Shown piece by piece: positions 1 through 17,940 of a stretch of DNA of 64,000 nt. The notes under the pieces were generated by a model. The model ran no database searches, was not told the origin of the DNA, and worked only from the letters and a program-made list of their open reading frames with translations. Numbering within the stretch: the stretch's first letter is position 1; every line of letters starts with the position of its first letter. The position numbers and the translations under genes were made by a program. The stretch lies in the NCBI RefSeq assembly GCF_009914755.1, contig NC_060934.1. The stretch is one strand, 5' to 3'. Source of the stretch: the human T2T-CHM13v2.0 reference genome, Homo sapiens.

Positions 1-192
1 TAGCTCACTACAGCCTCGAACTCTTGAGCTCAAGTGCTCCTCAGCCTCCCAAATAGATGGAACTACAGACATGCACCACCATGCCCAGCTTTTTGTTGTT
101 GAGTATGGTCTCAAACTCTTGGGCCCAAGCGATCCTCCTGCCTCAGCCTCCCCAAGTGTTGGAATGACAAGCATGAGCCGCTGCGCCTGGCC
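1..192 (-). mobile_element. Alu (AluJ-like), cut by window edge
   Basis: Antisense Alu ending gcgcctggcc; J-type ctcaagtg/cctcgaactc motifs. Confidence 0.9.
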
Positions 193-219
193 AGTACCAA
201 TATTTAAAATAAAACAATC

Positions 220-523
<304 letters not shown>

Positions 524-898
524 TCATTCTTCAAAATAGATGTAATTAAATCTAAAATACATGGTGGTTTGTTAGTTATAGCCTACTGCATATTTTAAAA
601 ATGTTTATAATAGTTGGCATTTAATTAATATATAGTTTATTTTTCTCTTTGATATTCTATTTATTTTCCCACAGAATTAAACCCTTATGTAATACGTTTT
701 ATGCTTTATAGTCTTTTATTAATCACTACCTTTACTTCTCTGAAAATAGGTATAAATTAAAATTGTCTGCGCTTCCCATAGCTACAGGCCTCTAAGTATT
801 AAAGATTTCCTCAGGATTGTGTTGTTATTACAATGATTATTGGTACACAATTGATTAAATATAAATTTAGTACATAATTATTAAACAAGGCTTCGTCT

Positions 899-1435
<537 letters not shown>

Positions 1436-2229
1436 TAAAAAATTTTTATTGGAAATGTATCATTTAATAGATGAGGCTGGAAATACATATGTCTTTTCCC
1501 TTATAGTTTAGTTATCTGTTGGTAAATACGACCTTTTGCTAGAGTGAAGCAGGATTCAGCATCAATTTTATTCCTATTTTTCATTTTTATAGATGTAAGC
1601 TCTGAGACACTTTATTCACATAGTGGAAGGGAGAGGAAGTTTTTTTTATAGCAATTTCTTTCGATTCTTTGAATTCCTTTTGTGTTTAAGCCAAAAATCA
1701 CAGAGTGAGCTATAAGCACAAGCAATCTATAGGGATTTAACAGCTGACAATTTAATAAGGTCCTACTTCAGCTTTGTTGAATGCAGAGCTGGAGGCCACT
1801 TGGCTGACAGAGGGTCTGTCACCTGGCACTGGAGTCATTTGCTGTCTCAGAACCAATATCAATGTTCCTAATTGCTGCTTTGTTTGGGGCCCCAGAGGTT
1901 TTCCACAGTCCAGCATAATGCAATACGGTGCTACGAAGAGTATTGCCTTTCCCTTGGAAAGTGGAAGAAAGGCAATATTGAACGGATAAGAACAGAGATA
2001 CCACCCCACTCCCCACCTCCCCAGCACAGGCATGTTCCCAGGCAGAGCAAGTGGAGGGAAGTTACAAACGGAAGTGAGAATCTCGAAATGGATCCTTGAA
2101 ACCTGCATGCTCGCCTATGCCTTACAGTCTTCGGACGTGCCTAAAAGTGCTTGACCCCAGTTTCAAGGCCTCTGCCTTAAACAGCTAGTATGTGTTTGGA
2201 TTCAGCTCCAGGTCATCTTCATCACTTCT

Positions 2230-2390
2230 GCTTCTCCACACTATCCTTATGTGACCTGATCCACACCTTTGGCTTCAACTCCATAGATGGGCTGATAACT
2301 CCCAAATCTCTTTTCTCCAGCTCAGACCTCTATCCTGAGTCTAACAACCACACAACCAATTGGCCATTCAACATCTTCACTTTCCACTTT
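2230..2390 (+). mobile_element. L2 fragment
   Basis: gctgataactcccaaatc...tccagctcagacctct...cctgag resembles L2. Confidence 0.6.
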
Positions 2391-2400
2391 TCTGAGTTAG

Positions 2401-2788
<388 letters not shown>

Positions 2789-3596
2789 TGAATTGGGAAT
2801 AAAGTACCTAACATTTTTCTGGCACTTTATAGACAAAGTGTTTTCATCTCTCTATGGGTGTGTTTATAGGATAATTTATATAATGTATACATGTGACTCT
2901 TAACAGCAAATGCTTGTATCTTACAGATGAAGAAACTAAGACTCAGTAAAATGAAAATTCTACTACATTCCAAAAAACATGAAGGAAACAAAAGATTCAT
3001 TCTGTGCCGTGACTTGGTTGGACAGAAATGTCTTAAATAAAAATCAACATACGCCTATGTATAGCAGGAGGTACACTGATGTTCAGGCAGATAATAAAAA
3101 AGAATATTTATTCACAATTTTTAATAAAAAGTAGAATACATTTATAATCTATATAAAAGCACTTTATCTCATTTCCTTATGGAAATATGAAAAAATTAAA
3201 ATGGGTTGGCTGGAAAATAAAGAAATCAATCCATAACATCTAAGGTCCAAAACAACCTGATTACCAAATACCAACAAATTAAGGGCTGTTCTGCCAGAAA
3301 CAGGAGGTTAGATGTGTAACTTCCTTGGCTTCCTTCCAGCGATTTAATTCTACACAAAAGAAAAAAAAAGGAAAGTGTGCCTATTCTTTTATGCATTGTA
3401 TTTTCAACATATCATTCATTGAATGTACATTTCCTGCCCTAAGCAACATGTTTGTGGATTGAGAGGAAAAAGCAATCTCTTAGGCTAAATCTTGAACAAA
3501 TGTTGTTTGTAACAAACCCCAAAACAAAAGGGCATCTTGGTAGTAGCTTGAGTTTCATACAACACAAATGTAAAATGTGATATTTTACAAATATGA

Positions 3597-4275
<679 letters not shown>

Positions 4276-4601
4276 TGTTTTTCTATTTCTAGTCTTTGCA
4301 TCTTGTATATTATTTCTGTACAGTTTATTATACATCTGTACAGTTTATTGTTTTATGCACACATCAAACTTTCCATTTCCTTCATTATATGTGTTACTCT
4401 CATTTTCATCTCCATTGTTTGTACATTTTTGAGATGTGGATGCAGAACTCTAAGCCTTTGCTGGTTGATGGTGAATGAAGCCTACTCTATTACATGTTTT
4501 ATCTGACAGAGGCCTACAAAGGTAAAAGTGCAGCCAGTCAATGAATGAGGGGAGGTGGGCTTTGAATAAGGGGATGGACACATTCCAGTTGAACCAATTT
4601 A

Positions 4602-4913
<312 letters not shown>

Positions 4914-5516
4914 TCATACTTGAAGCCTTTGACTCCACTTTCATTTGGAAATGATGGCAGGGTGGGGTGCAGAAGAACAGCTTCTATCTTAAGAACAGCT
5001 TCTCTTCTATCTTCCCTCTTAAAGGAAAGAGGAAGCTGAGGGTCTCCAGGACCTCCCAGGTCCAAGTGTCCCCAACTCCATCTCTGGACTGAGAGTTACT
5101 TCTCTAGTTCTCAGGTCAGCAGGTGGTGGGCCCTTTTTTGAAGTGTGAGCTCACAGGGCTGTTGGGCCTGGGGCCCAGATGAGAAACATGTTTCTCACCC
5201 ATTTCCTCACTTCTGCCCGCTGTCCTCTGCCACCACCATGCCCTGGTCTCACGTCCTAACTCCATCTTATCAAACCAGAGACATAAGCCATAGGTTATTT
5301 ATCCCCACCGTGAGAGTTAAATAAGACACAGCAACAGTGGCATCAAAAGGACACAGGATGTTACCAACATCACCAGATGTAATAATTTAGAATATGCTTA
5401 TTGTCATACAATACAGTGGTATGGAGAATGAAACATTAAGGTCCCACTTTAGTTCCAAGCTGAAAGAGCACAGCTCCCTTCTCCCATAGGAATTTACTGT
5501 GAAGAGTTTGAGGTGA

Positions 5517-5841
<325 letters not shown>

Positions 5842-5864
5842 TTGAAAATTTCAAACAGAAAAGT

Positions 5865-6023
5865 GGGAAGTGTGGTGGCTCGTGCCTGTAATTCCAGCTA
5901 CTCAGGAGGCTGAGGCAGGAGAATAGAGTGAACTGGGAGGCAGAGGTTGCAGTGAGCCAAGATCTCACCACCACACTCCAGCTTGGGTGATAGAGCGAGA
6001 CACCATCACAAAAAAAAAAAAAA
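5865..6023 (+). mobile_element. Alu right arm only
   Basis: gtggtggctcgtgcctgtaattccagctactc...poly(A). Confidence 0.9.
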
Positions 6024-6054
6024 GAGATGTGAATACTTAAAAATGGAAGAAATA

Positions 6055-6604
<550 letters not shown>

Positions 6605-6709
6605 CTACGTTCACACCCACGAGGTCTGCGAACCCTCTCTTACTCATCTACTAGGATATTGGGTTCCATATTTATTTTAGTCCTCCTAAGTATCTACAAC
6701 TGATAATAA

Positions 6710-6900
6710 CTATTATTAATGATAACCAACTGTGCCCCAGGCCTACCTTTGGGCATTTTAGCTTCATGATCTCATTTCACCAGTGTAGCCTTTCTCTACA
6801 GATGAGGAAAATAAGTGACTACATAACTTTCGAATGTCCAAGTTAGTAAGAGTGTCAACCAATTCAGAGCCATCTGACTCCAAAACCTGTTACTCTCTGT
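6710..6900 (-). mobile_element. MIR
   Basis: tacagatgaggaaataag...catctgactccaaa. Confidence 0.65.
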
Positions 6901-7176
6901 ACCACATCGCACTGCATCCCAAAAAAGTTTGATGTGAAGTTTGGAGAGTACATTCTTTAGACAGTATTGACACTTTATTTTGAGCAATGGTGAATTAGTC
7001 TCTCTCTGCTTTCTGCAGCCTCCCACAACCCAATTTTAGTTGGTTACATATTTTTAGTTCTTTACACTTCTAAGAATTTGTAGGTCATTTGAAATTGCAG
7101 CATAGAAATAAAGCTCTTGCGGGACTCTGATTGGAGAAAAAAGGTGGGAAACTGAGTTATCAAAATACACAGGGTG

Positions 7177-7604
<428 letters not shown>

Positions 7605-7661
7605 TCATGAATGGGCACAACCAACAATCAATTCAATTAATAAACTCTGTTAAATTAATTA

Positions 7662-7967
7662 ATTATTTATTTATTTTTTGGAGACAGAGTCTCACTCTGT
7701 CACCCAGGCTGGAGTGCAGTGACATAATCTCGGCTCACTGCTCACTGCAACCTCTGCCTCCCAGGTTCAAGTGATTCTGCTGCCTCAGCCTCCCAAGTAG
7801 CTGGGACTACAGGCGTGCACCACCATGCCTGGCTAATTTTTGTGTTTTTAGTAGAGACAGAGTTTCACCATGTTGGCCAGGATGGTCTCGAACTCCCGAC
7901 CTCAAGTGAACCACCTACCTCGGCATCCCAAAGTGCTGGGATTACAGGCATGAGCCACTGTACCCCA
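7662..7967 (-). mobile_element. Alu (AluS)
   Basis: Antisense dimer with (TTTA)-type tail. Confidence 0.95.
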
Positions 7968-8537
7968 TCAAATGATATTTTAAAAGTTTTTTGCCATCAT
8001 ATTTGGAATGTACTATTAGACGGTCTCTTCTAAATAATAAATAGATGATATAAAATCATCTTTGCTAAAAAGGAAAATTATCAACAGAGATAATGACAAA
8101 CATTATGATGGGCATGATACTCAAAATCAAAATCACCAAACCAACAAGTGAAGTCTCAACCATAGAAATAATTTTTCTACTATAAATGCCAATAGAAGTG
8201 ATTTTATTCCAGCAAAACAATAGCATCTGTCATACTAAATGCTAATTTGTTTTATGAGTTTTGCAATTATGCTGGTACTTAATATGTTTTGATTTTACGG
8301 TTGTCCAAGAGCCACAAGCCTAAGCTTACATTTGGTTTTGAATATTTAAATACAGGTATTATCAGAATTCTTTCAGTTTTAAGTGACAAAAATCTCAAAC
8401 CAACCTGGTTGTGGTCATTCCTCACACCCCACCTTTATATCCTTGCTCTAATCAGTTTCTTGACCCAAAACTTTGTAGCCATCTCCTTACCTACACCCCA
8501 TAACTAAATATAACCCAAGATTCTGTTCTCAGTCCTC

Positions 8538-8838
8538 TTTTCTTTTTCTTTTTTCTTTTTTTTTTTTTTTTGAGACTCAAGCTGGAGTGCAGTGGTGCAA
8601 TCATGGCTCACTGAAGCCTCGACCTCCTTAGGCTCAGGTGATCCTCCCACCTAAGCCTCCCAAGCCTCCCAAGTAGCTAGGACTATAGGTCACACCACCA
8701 TGCCCAGCTAAATTTTTTGTAGAGATGGGGTTTCGCCATGATGCCCAGGCTGGTCTCAAACTCCTGGGCTCAAGTGATCTGCCCACCTCAGCCTCCCCAA
8801 GTGCTGGAATTGCAGGAGGGAGCCACCGTGCCCCGCCC
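8538..8838 (-). mobile_element. Alu (AluJ-like)
   Basis: atcatggctcactgaagcctcgacc; poly(T). Confidence 0.9.
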
Positions 8839-8859
8839 TCTTTTCTTCTTCCTTTTGCA

Positions 8860-9075
8860 CTTTCCTTTGGGGGAACTCATCTGCTCACACAGCTGTACTT
8901 ATTGTGGAATGACTCCCTAAACTCTACACCAGCACCCACCATTTCTTCAAACCCACACTTCTGATTGCCCAGTGGTCATCTCTACCTCCTGTATAACATA
9001 TCCAGAAGCAGATTTCTCATGATGCTAACGGAACCTAAGCTTCAGCCCCCAGCCCTCCCGCCCTTGAACTTGCTC
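8860..9075 (+). mobile_element. L2 fragment
   Basis: Degenerate similarity (atgactccctaaactcta...catctctacct). Confidence 0.45.
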
Positions 9076-9532
9076 CTAAAAAGCCCTAGAATCCCTTCCC
9101 TCTTTCCCTCCCGCCTTCCTTCTTTTTTTCCCCTCTTGTTTTGCGAAAGTGGATATTTTAATTACAGACTGCTATCTCTTTCCTCTCGGATTTTCTCTCC
9201 ATCATACTTCCCCTGGAACAGGTACCATTGGAATGACTGTGTCATTTTGGATTCCAGCTAAGGGGAAGTTAAGTTAGGGATGCATCTTACTGTGTTTGGC
9301 CACATGTATCCACGTGGTTCGCAATCCCTCTGTCTATGATTATTACCAGCCATCTTGGTGTAAGAATGTCTTCCAGAAATGTCCCTACTGTGCATGAGGG
9401 TGATGCACCCTGCTTTGTGACACAAGGGTGCAGGACCAGAAGGCATGCCATGCCGTCACGTGACCTATTGCACCGAGGACCAAAGATATTCAGGGAGTAG
9501 AAGAAAAGCAAGTTTGAAATGTGCAATGAGGA

Positions 9533-9655
9533 AGGTGCGGTGGCTCCCAAAGTGGTGGTAATCCCAGCACTTTGGGAGGCTGGGTGGGGAGGATTGCTTG
9601 AAGCCAGGAGTTGGAGACCAGCTTGGGTAACACAGTAAGATCCCATCTCTAACAG
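9533..9655 (+). mobile_element. Alu monomer (FLAM-like)
   Basis: Left arm only, running into a GA-rich tail. Confidence 0.85.
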
Positions 9656-9787
9656 AAGAAGAAGAAAAAGGAGGAGGAGGAGAGGAAGGAAGGAAGGAAG
9701 GAAGGAAGGAAGGAATGAAGGAAGGAAGGAAGGAAGGAAGGAAGGAAGGGAAGGCAGGAGAGAGGGAGGGAGGGAAGGAGGAAGGGA
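9656..9787 (+). repeat. (GGAA)n / GA-rich microsatellite
   Basis: 8 GGAA (9684-9715), TGAA, 7 GGAA (9720-9747), with flanking GA-rich sequence. Confidence 0.95.
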
Positions 9788-10580
9788 GATGTGCAATCCG
9801 TTTTCACTGAAGCCCAATAAGAAAGAAGTCCTCTCGTGTCAGGAGTAGTCAGTAACACAGCAGAGACCATTTCAGATGCACTGCTTTTTTCTCTCTCTCT
9901 TTTGACAGGAATAATAAGAAACAGAATCATTCTAAATTCTGGGTTTCTAGGACACAAACTAGTAGACCTACCAACAGCAAGTACATCTGTAACAGCCCAT
10001 ATGTGAAAAAACCTATCTCTATTTTCAGAATATTACTCCATAAAATATAATGAGATCATCTACAAAATAAGACATATCTACAAAATAAAGATATTGTCTC
10101 ATATAATATTTGACCTATATTGCATAAATAAAGCTAGGTATATTTTCCCCCGTTTTCAAATAAGACCCACAGAAGTTGTCCAAGCCTGAACTGACACCAA
10201 ACTCCCTGCCTTCTCTCAGCACAGAGGAAACCTCAGCGCCTGGCTAGCTGGTCCATGAATGCTGGCCTCGGCTCTTCTCATTATGGCGCACCAGGACAGG
10301 CGCCAATCTCACACTGCGGTGCCTGCTGGCTGCTGTGCTCACCATGATGGCTTGTGTGGTACACACAGACAGGGACATGGAGCTAATGATGTTGAAGTGC
10401 CAGGTGGCGTCTCTGCTGCTCTGGGGGGTACCGCCAATCAGCCCGAGAGGCTTGTCTGCTTTCATGTGCCACTGCATGCCTCCTTGACATGTGACTTTAG
10501 CTAGGAAAACTTTTTTCCCCCTCTAACTTTTTATTTTTAAAAAATGGCTTTCTAGAGAGAAGCTAAAGAATAGCACAAGG

Positions 10581-11160
<580 letters not shown>

Positions 11161-11841
11161 CTAACATGCAGTCCACATTCCAGCTTCCTTCCCTGTCCAC
11201 TAAATGCTTCTCATGGTCTTTTTCAATCTAAGACCAATCAAGGCTCTTACAGCTCACTTGGTTCTCATGTTTCTTTAGCTTTCTTTTATCTAGAACATTC
11301 TCCCTTTTTCGTTTTCGTTTTTTACATGACATTTTTGAAGAGTTTAGGGAAGCTGCCTTGTAGAATGCCCCCAGAATCCATATTTGTTTGATTGTTTCCT
11401 CATGTCTAGATTTGAGTTAAACATTTTTGGCAAAATATGACACAGTGTACTTCCCACTCCACCACAGCAGGGAGCAAAGAATAACAGACTGTCTCACTCT
11501 TGGTCATGCCAAGATCACTTGAGTGATAAAGTGAGACTTTATAAATCATGTGACTGTCCTATTTCCCAGCAATCTTCCCTACTGACACCTTGATTTTAGT
11601 CCAGTGGGACTCATTTGCACTTGTTTTGTTAAATATTGCCAGTGGTTTTATCATTATTACTAAATGGCTGCAAAATGTAATTTTTCTAATTCTACCATTC
11701 TGTCTACATTCATTAGCTAGCACTCTTCATAAAGAAGTTTTCCCTCCCCTGCATACCTACCTTTATAAAGTATTACTATTAAGTTCTTTCTGTGGGAAAA
11801 GGGGGAAAAAGTAATTAAATATATACATATATATATATAAA

Positions 11842-11958
11842 CAGGAGGCTGAGGCAGGAGAATCATTTGAACCTGGGAAGCAGAGGTTGCTGTGAGCTGA
11901 GATCATGCCACTTGCACTCCAGCCTGAGTGACAGAGTGAGACTGTCTCAAAAAAAAAA
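11842..11958 (+). mobile_element. Alu right-arm fragment
   Basis: caggaggctgaggcaggagaatc...poly(A), after a short (TA)n. Confidence 0.9.
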
Positions 11959-12130
11959 TTGGTTTTTTTTTAATTAACTTTTTTTTCTTTAAGTATTACT
12001 ACATAGTATCTATAGCGGGTAGTATCACTATATAAAGTATCCCTAGAAACTCATGGATCCCTGTTTTATTCAGTGTGTTAAAACCACTGTCATTTATTCT
12101 TTTTTGGTAATCAAATTGTCCCGAAATTAG

Positions 12131-12470
<340 letters not shown>

Positions 12471-12503
12471 GGCTCCTCTGAACTTTTAACACATCTCCTA
12501 TCA

Positions 12504-12597
12504 TCAGGCCTAGCTTCATGGGCTTGTGACCCCGTGCAAAGGCACAACATCCTGCACTTAGGAAAACTTTCTGCTTGGCTTCATGCTCTCCTGTCTC
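12504..12597 (+). mobile_element. MER91-like hAT DNA element fragment
   Basis: caggcctagcttcatgggcttgtgacc..gtgca...gcttggcttcatgctct resembles MER91. Confidence 0.55.
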
Positions 12598-12689
12598 GAA
12601 AAAAAAAAAAGAAAAAACCGCCAAATCAATCACTTTTTGAGATGTTGTTTTGCATTTTAGAGGGCATTTCTTTATAATAAATTCACTGA

Positions 12690-12991
12690 GGCCAGGCACG
12701 GTGGCTCACGGCTGTAATCCCAGCACTTTGGGAGGCCGAGGCAGGTGGATCATCTGAGGTCAGGGGTTCAAGACCAGCCTGGCCAACATGCTGAAACCCC
12801 ATCTCTTCTAAAAATACAAAAATTAGCTGGGCGTGGTGGCAGGCACCTGTAATCCCAGCTACTCAGGAAGCTGAGGCAGGAGAATCGCTTGAATTCAGGA
12901 GGCAGAGGTTGCAGTGAGTCAAGATGGTGCCGCTGCACTCCAGACTGGGTGACAAGAATGAAACTCCATCTCAAAAAAATAATAATAATAA
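12690..12991 (+). mobile_element. Alu (AluSq-like)
   Basis: Full dimer, (AAT)n tail. Confidence 0.95.
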
Positions 12992-13370
12992 TTGACATTG
13001 GATTGCAGAATCAAAAGGAATACAACCCTACTGACACCTTGATTTTAGTCCAGGGAGACTCATTTGCATTTGTTTTGTTAAATATTGCCAAATTCTCCTC
13101 CATAGAAGCTGTACCATTTTGCACTCTTGTCAGAAATGCCTGACAGTGTTCTTTCAGCTGTGAATACATTCACACAGAGAAACACCTGTTACAAGTGCCC
13201 GAGACTGGAGGGTCTGTGTCTGTGGGTATTGTCTATTGCCAGAAGGCCGGTCTTTTAACCCTTGCCACCATGAGTTTGCTGTGTATGTGTGTCCAATAAG
13301 ACTCAATGAGAATCTACGCCAGCAAAAAAGAGGCCAGCCACAAAGAACAGCAGAACCTTTGTCTGGTGGA

Positions 13371-13715
<345 letters not shown>

Positions 13716-13739
13716 TTACCACAATAAAAAAGAAAAAAA

Positions 13740-14045
13740 GGCTAGGCTTGGTGCCTCACGTCTGTAATCCCAGCACTTTGGGGAGCTAAGGAAGGTAGAT
13801 TGAGCCCAGAGTTCAAGACCAGCCCGGGCAATATGGCGAAACCCTGTCTCTACAAAAAATAGGAAAATTAGCTGGGTGTGGTGGTGCATGCCTGGGGGCC
13901 CAGCTACTCTGGAGGCTGGGGTGGGGGATCGTTTGAGCCTTGAGAGGTGGAGGCTGCGGTGAGCTGAGATCTTGCCACTGCACTCCAGCCTGGGTGACAG
14001 AGCAGGACCCTGTCTCAAGATAAAGAAAGACAAAAGAAAAAGAAG
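13740..14045 (+). mobile_element. Alu (AluJ)
   Basis: ttgagcccagagttcaag; ggatcgtttgagcct. Confidence 0.93.
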
Positions 14046-14349
14046 AAGGTTTTGAAATTCCTGTCACACAATGAAGGGATCTCAGCTGGAGTTCAGACTA
14101 TGACCATGTCCTGTGACAGGGCATATTTGGGCAGGTCTGGAAAAATGGTGTGGTGGCCTGAAAGTGGTTTACTTGCAAAAGGGCTGAGAACTCATTTTAA
14201 AGGAAGAAAGACGCAGGTGCCATGAGCCTGATCAAGGAACAAAGTCTTGCTCAGAGGATGACAGCAATTTTCCAATTCACATAGGGTCTCCTGTGATACA
14301 CCCTCAAACACCTTTAAAATCTTCACAGCATTTCTGCAATCACAAATAA

Positions 14350-14490
14350 ATACATGTGATACCTGTTCACCCATAGACTGAAAACTCCATGAGCAGGATC
14401 GTGACTATTGGATGCATGGCTTTGTCGCCAGGACCTGGCTTCATCACCCGGGCAGTCATACCTGCTCGTCCAGTATTTGAATGAATGGAG
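14350..14490 (+). mobile_element. L2 3' end
   Basis: tagactgaaaactccatgagcagg...tatttgaatgaatg. Confidence 0.6.
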
Positions 14491-14659
14491 TTCAGCATGG
14501 TATGTTTCTATCCAGCACCGTGGAAGCGTGTCTGGATCTTAGGGTTATAGAAGATTGTAAATAAAATAACTGCTGCTGTGAATTCTGTAAAACTCTAGGG
14601 CGTAGGCAACACCACTTTACAGCCCTTAGAGAACATACCAGGGAGATGACAGCTATTCA

Positions 14660-14671
14660 GGTTTCGCTTTT
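14660..14671. promoter_or_regulatory. IRF/ISRE motif GGTTTCGCTTTT
   Basis: Matches AAAGYGAAACC on the minus strand in unique sequence; motif only. Confidence 0.4.
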
Positions 14672-15811
14672 GAGTCTCAGAACTTCAGAATTCACAGCAG
14701 CAAATCCTCTTGGTTGTAGGTCATGGCAAAGCATTCCCTGGCTTTTCTTGTCCTTTCAACCACCTCAGCCTATCCTAATGTCAGCCATTTTGAAGCTCTG
14801 CAACGGCTTTTCTCCATTTTCCTATATTCATATTTTGGAGCTGCATTCATCAAATTCACTATATTTAACTTTAATCGATTTTGTAACTGTTAATCTAATT
14901 GTTGAGATATCTTTGCAAGAGGAGAACTTTGCATTCCACTCATGTATTCCTTTCTTAGCTCATGGTTCATATTGATGCCAGTGGTTTATAATTCTTGACT
15001 TCAAACATGGTCAGCTGTTTCTGTTGTAATATCATTACCTGGTTTGCAAAATGAGTGGTATCTGGTAGGCACTCAGGAAGGTTTCTGACCTCTGTCGGGG
15101 TAATGAAGGCAAACTTAGAGACCCTAATTATGATACCTCACCACACACACCTTACCCAAATGCACTCTGGATGTCTGTGCTTGCTGGTTCTCCTTTGATT
15201 TTGTTACAGCATCAGGCTTCAATGTCAAGTAGTCTCAAAGCTCTCTCTTATCAATGACTTGGACCTCTTTTCATCTCCTGCTGGCTTGATAATATCTTTT
15301 TTTTTTTTTATTTTAAAAAGCCAACTCCATCTACCTCTTGCCTCTTACTTTCTCACTTGGGCTGTTTTAAATTTCCAGTAATGAAATTATTTCCCTCCTT
15401 GTTGACCAAGACTCACACTGAAATACTCATGCCTGGGCTCAACTTAATGGGCGTGGTACCCAAGCACACCATTTCACACAGGATGGAGTTGCTCTTTCCA
15501 CAGAGAGACTAGAGTGATGGAAGGGGACTGAGACAAGTGGACGGTGTTTGGGGTCATTGAGATTTGCATGGAAGGAACTTTCTGGACGGGGATCCTCCTG
15601 CATTCTGGATTTGCTGTGTCTCCTCCAAGGTATAGCTGATGTTCTTCAATATGATTGCAGTGCTATTGTGGCAAAAACACCACATTGCATTTCAATAACA
15701 TATCACTTTGCATCCTTCTCTATGTGCCACATGTTCCTGTTCATCACATCTGACTCTTGCCCCAACCCAGATCTGTGCTTCTGAACACACAAAATCTCCA
15801 GGTTTTGTAAA

Positions 15812-16553
<742 letters not shown>

Positions 16554-17246
16554 TGAACTGTGAGACTCAGAGAAAGCAGAGAAAAGGAAAAAACGTTCTT
16601 GCGAAAATAAGGCTTCTCACCCAGTTCCTAAGAAGAGAGCTGCGTCTAAAGTATGTTCTGGAAATTGCAGGCACCAGCAGGAGCAGGGGGGAAAAAAGGA
16701 AAGCCTAGCTCAATGCTCAATGCTGCAAAAGTAGAAAATGGACAAAGGGAAGAGCCAACAATGAAATCAAACACACCAGAGTGAGCCGTCAGACACCAGG
16801 AAGCAGAGCAGAAGCAGCAGCCAGGGACAGAGTGGCAGGAAAAATCATTTTGAAATAAAAATGAAACTGGATGAGGGAGCCCACTCTCTTTCTCCTGGCC
16901 TCTTCTCTTTTTTTCTTTCCCAATACACACAAGCTTGTTCACCCCTCTCCTCTCCATTCTCTCTCCGCCCCTCACTCCCCACTCATTACCCCTATTCTGG
17001 CCCTGACCCTTCCTGTCCACCAGGGACCACCCATGCGATCTTCCCAGAGAGCCCACCTCCCTCATTCTGATTGACAAGCTCAGGACATCACAGCCTCGAA
17101 AACCCACACAGCGGGTCAGCAGTGGCCCTGGGGACTGGCACAAGCTTCCACCACCACCAACACCCAGCACCTGTCCAAGCACCCCAACACAAGGGCCGGC
17201 AGCCCAAAGATGGGGTGATTCATGGATGCAGCCAGCAAGAAAGCAC

Positions 17247-17459
<213 letters not shown>

Positions 17460-17462
17460 CAT

Positions 17463-17650
17463 TGCTAGGTGCAGTGGCTCACACCTGTAATCCCAGCACT
17501 TTGGGAGGCCGAGGCCTGTGGATCACCTGAGGTCAGGAGTTCAAGAGCAGCCTGGGCAACATGGTGAAACCCCATCTCTGCTAAAAATAAATAAATAAAT
17601 ACAAAGAGATTGCACACTGCATTCCAGCCTGGGTGACAGAGAGAGATTCA
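17463..17650 (+). mobile_element. Alu with most of the right arm deleted
   Basis: Left arm joined to gagattgcacactgcattccagcc. Confidence 0.88.
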
Positions 17651-17852
17651 GAAAGAAAGAAGGAAGGAAGGAAGGAAGGAAGGAAGGAAGGAAAGAAAGA
17701 AAGGAGGGAAGGAAGGAAGGAAGGAAGGAAGGAAGGAAGAAGAAAGAAGGAAGGAAGGAAAGAAGGAAAGAGAAAGAAGGAAAGGAAAGAGAAAGAAAGA
17801 AAGAAAGAAGGAAGGAAGGAAAGAAAGAAAGAGAAAGAAGGAAAGGAAAGGA

Positions 17853-17920
<68 letters not shown>

Positions 17921-17940
17921 AAAGAAAGAAAGAAAGAAAA
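17650..17940 (+). repeat. ~290-bp (GGAA)n/(GAAA)n compound purine tract
   Basis: Pure A/G run derived from the Alu tail. Confidence 0.95.

Noticed and set aside
10395-10412. CTCF-like tgccaggtggcgtc (also 48125 ctaagagggggcac and 5116 tcagcaggtggtg)
   Set aside because: Mismatches at informative positions; too weak without ChIP data.
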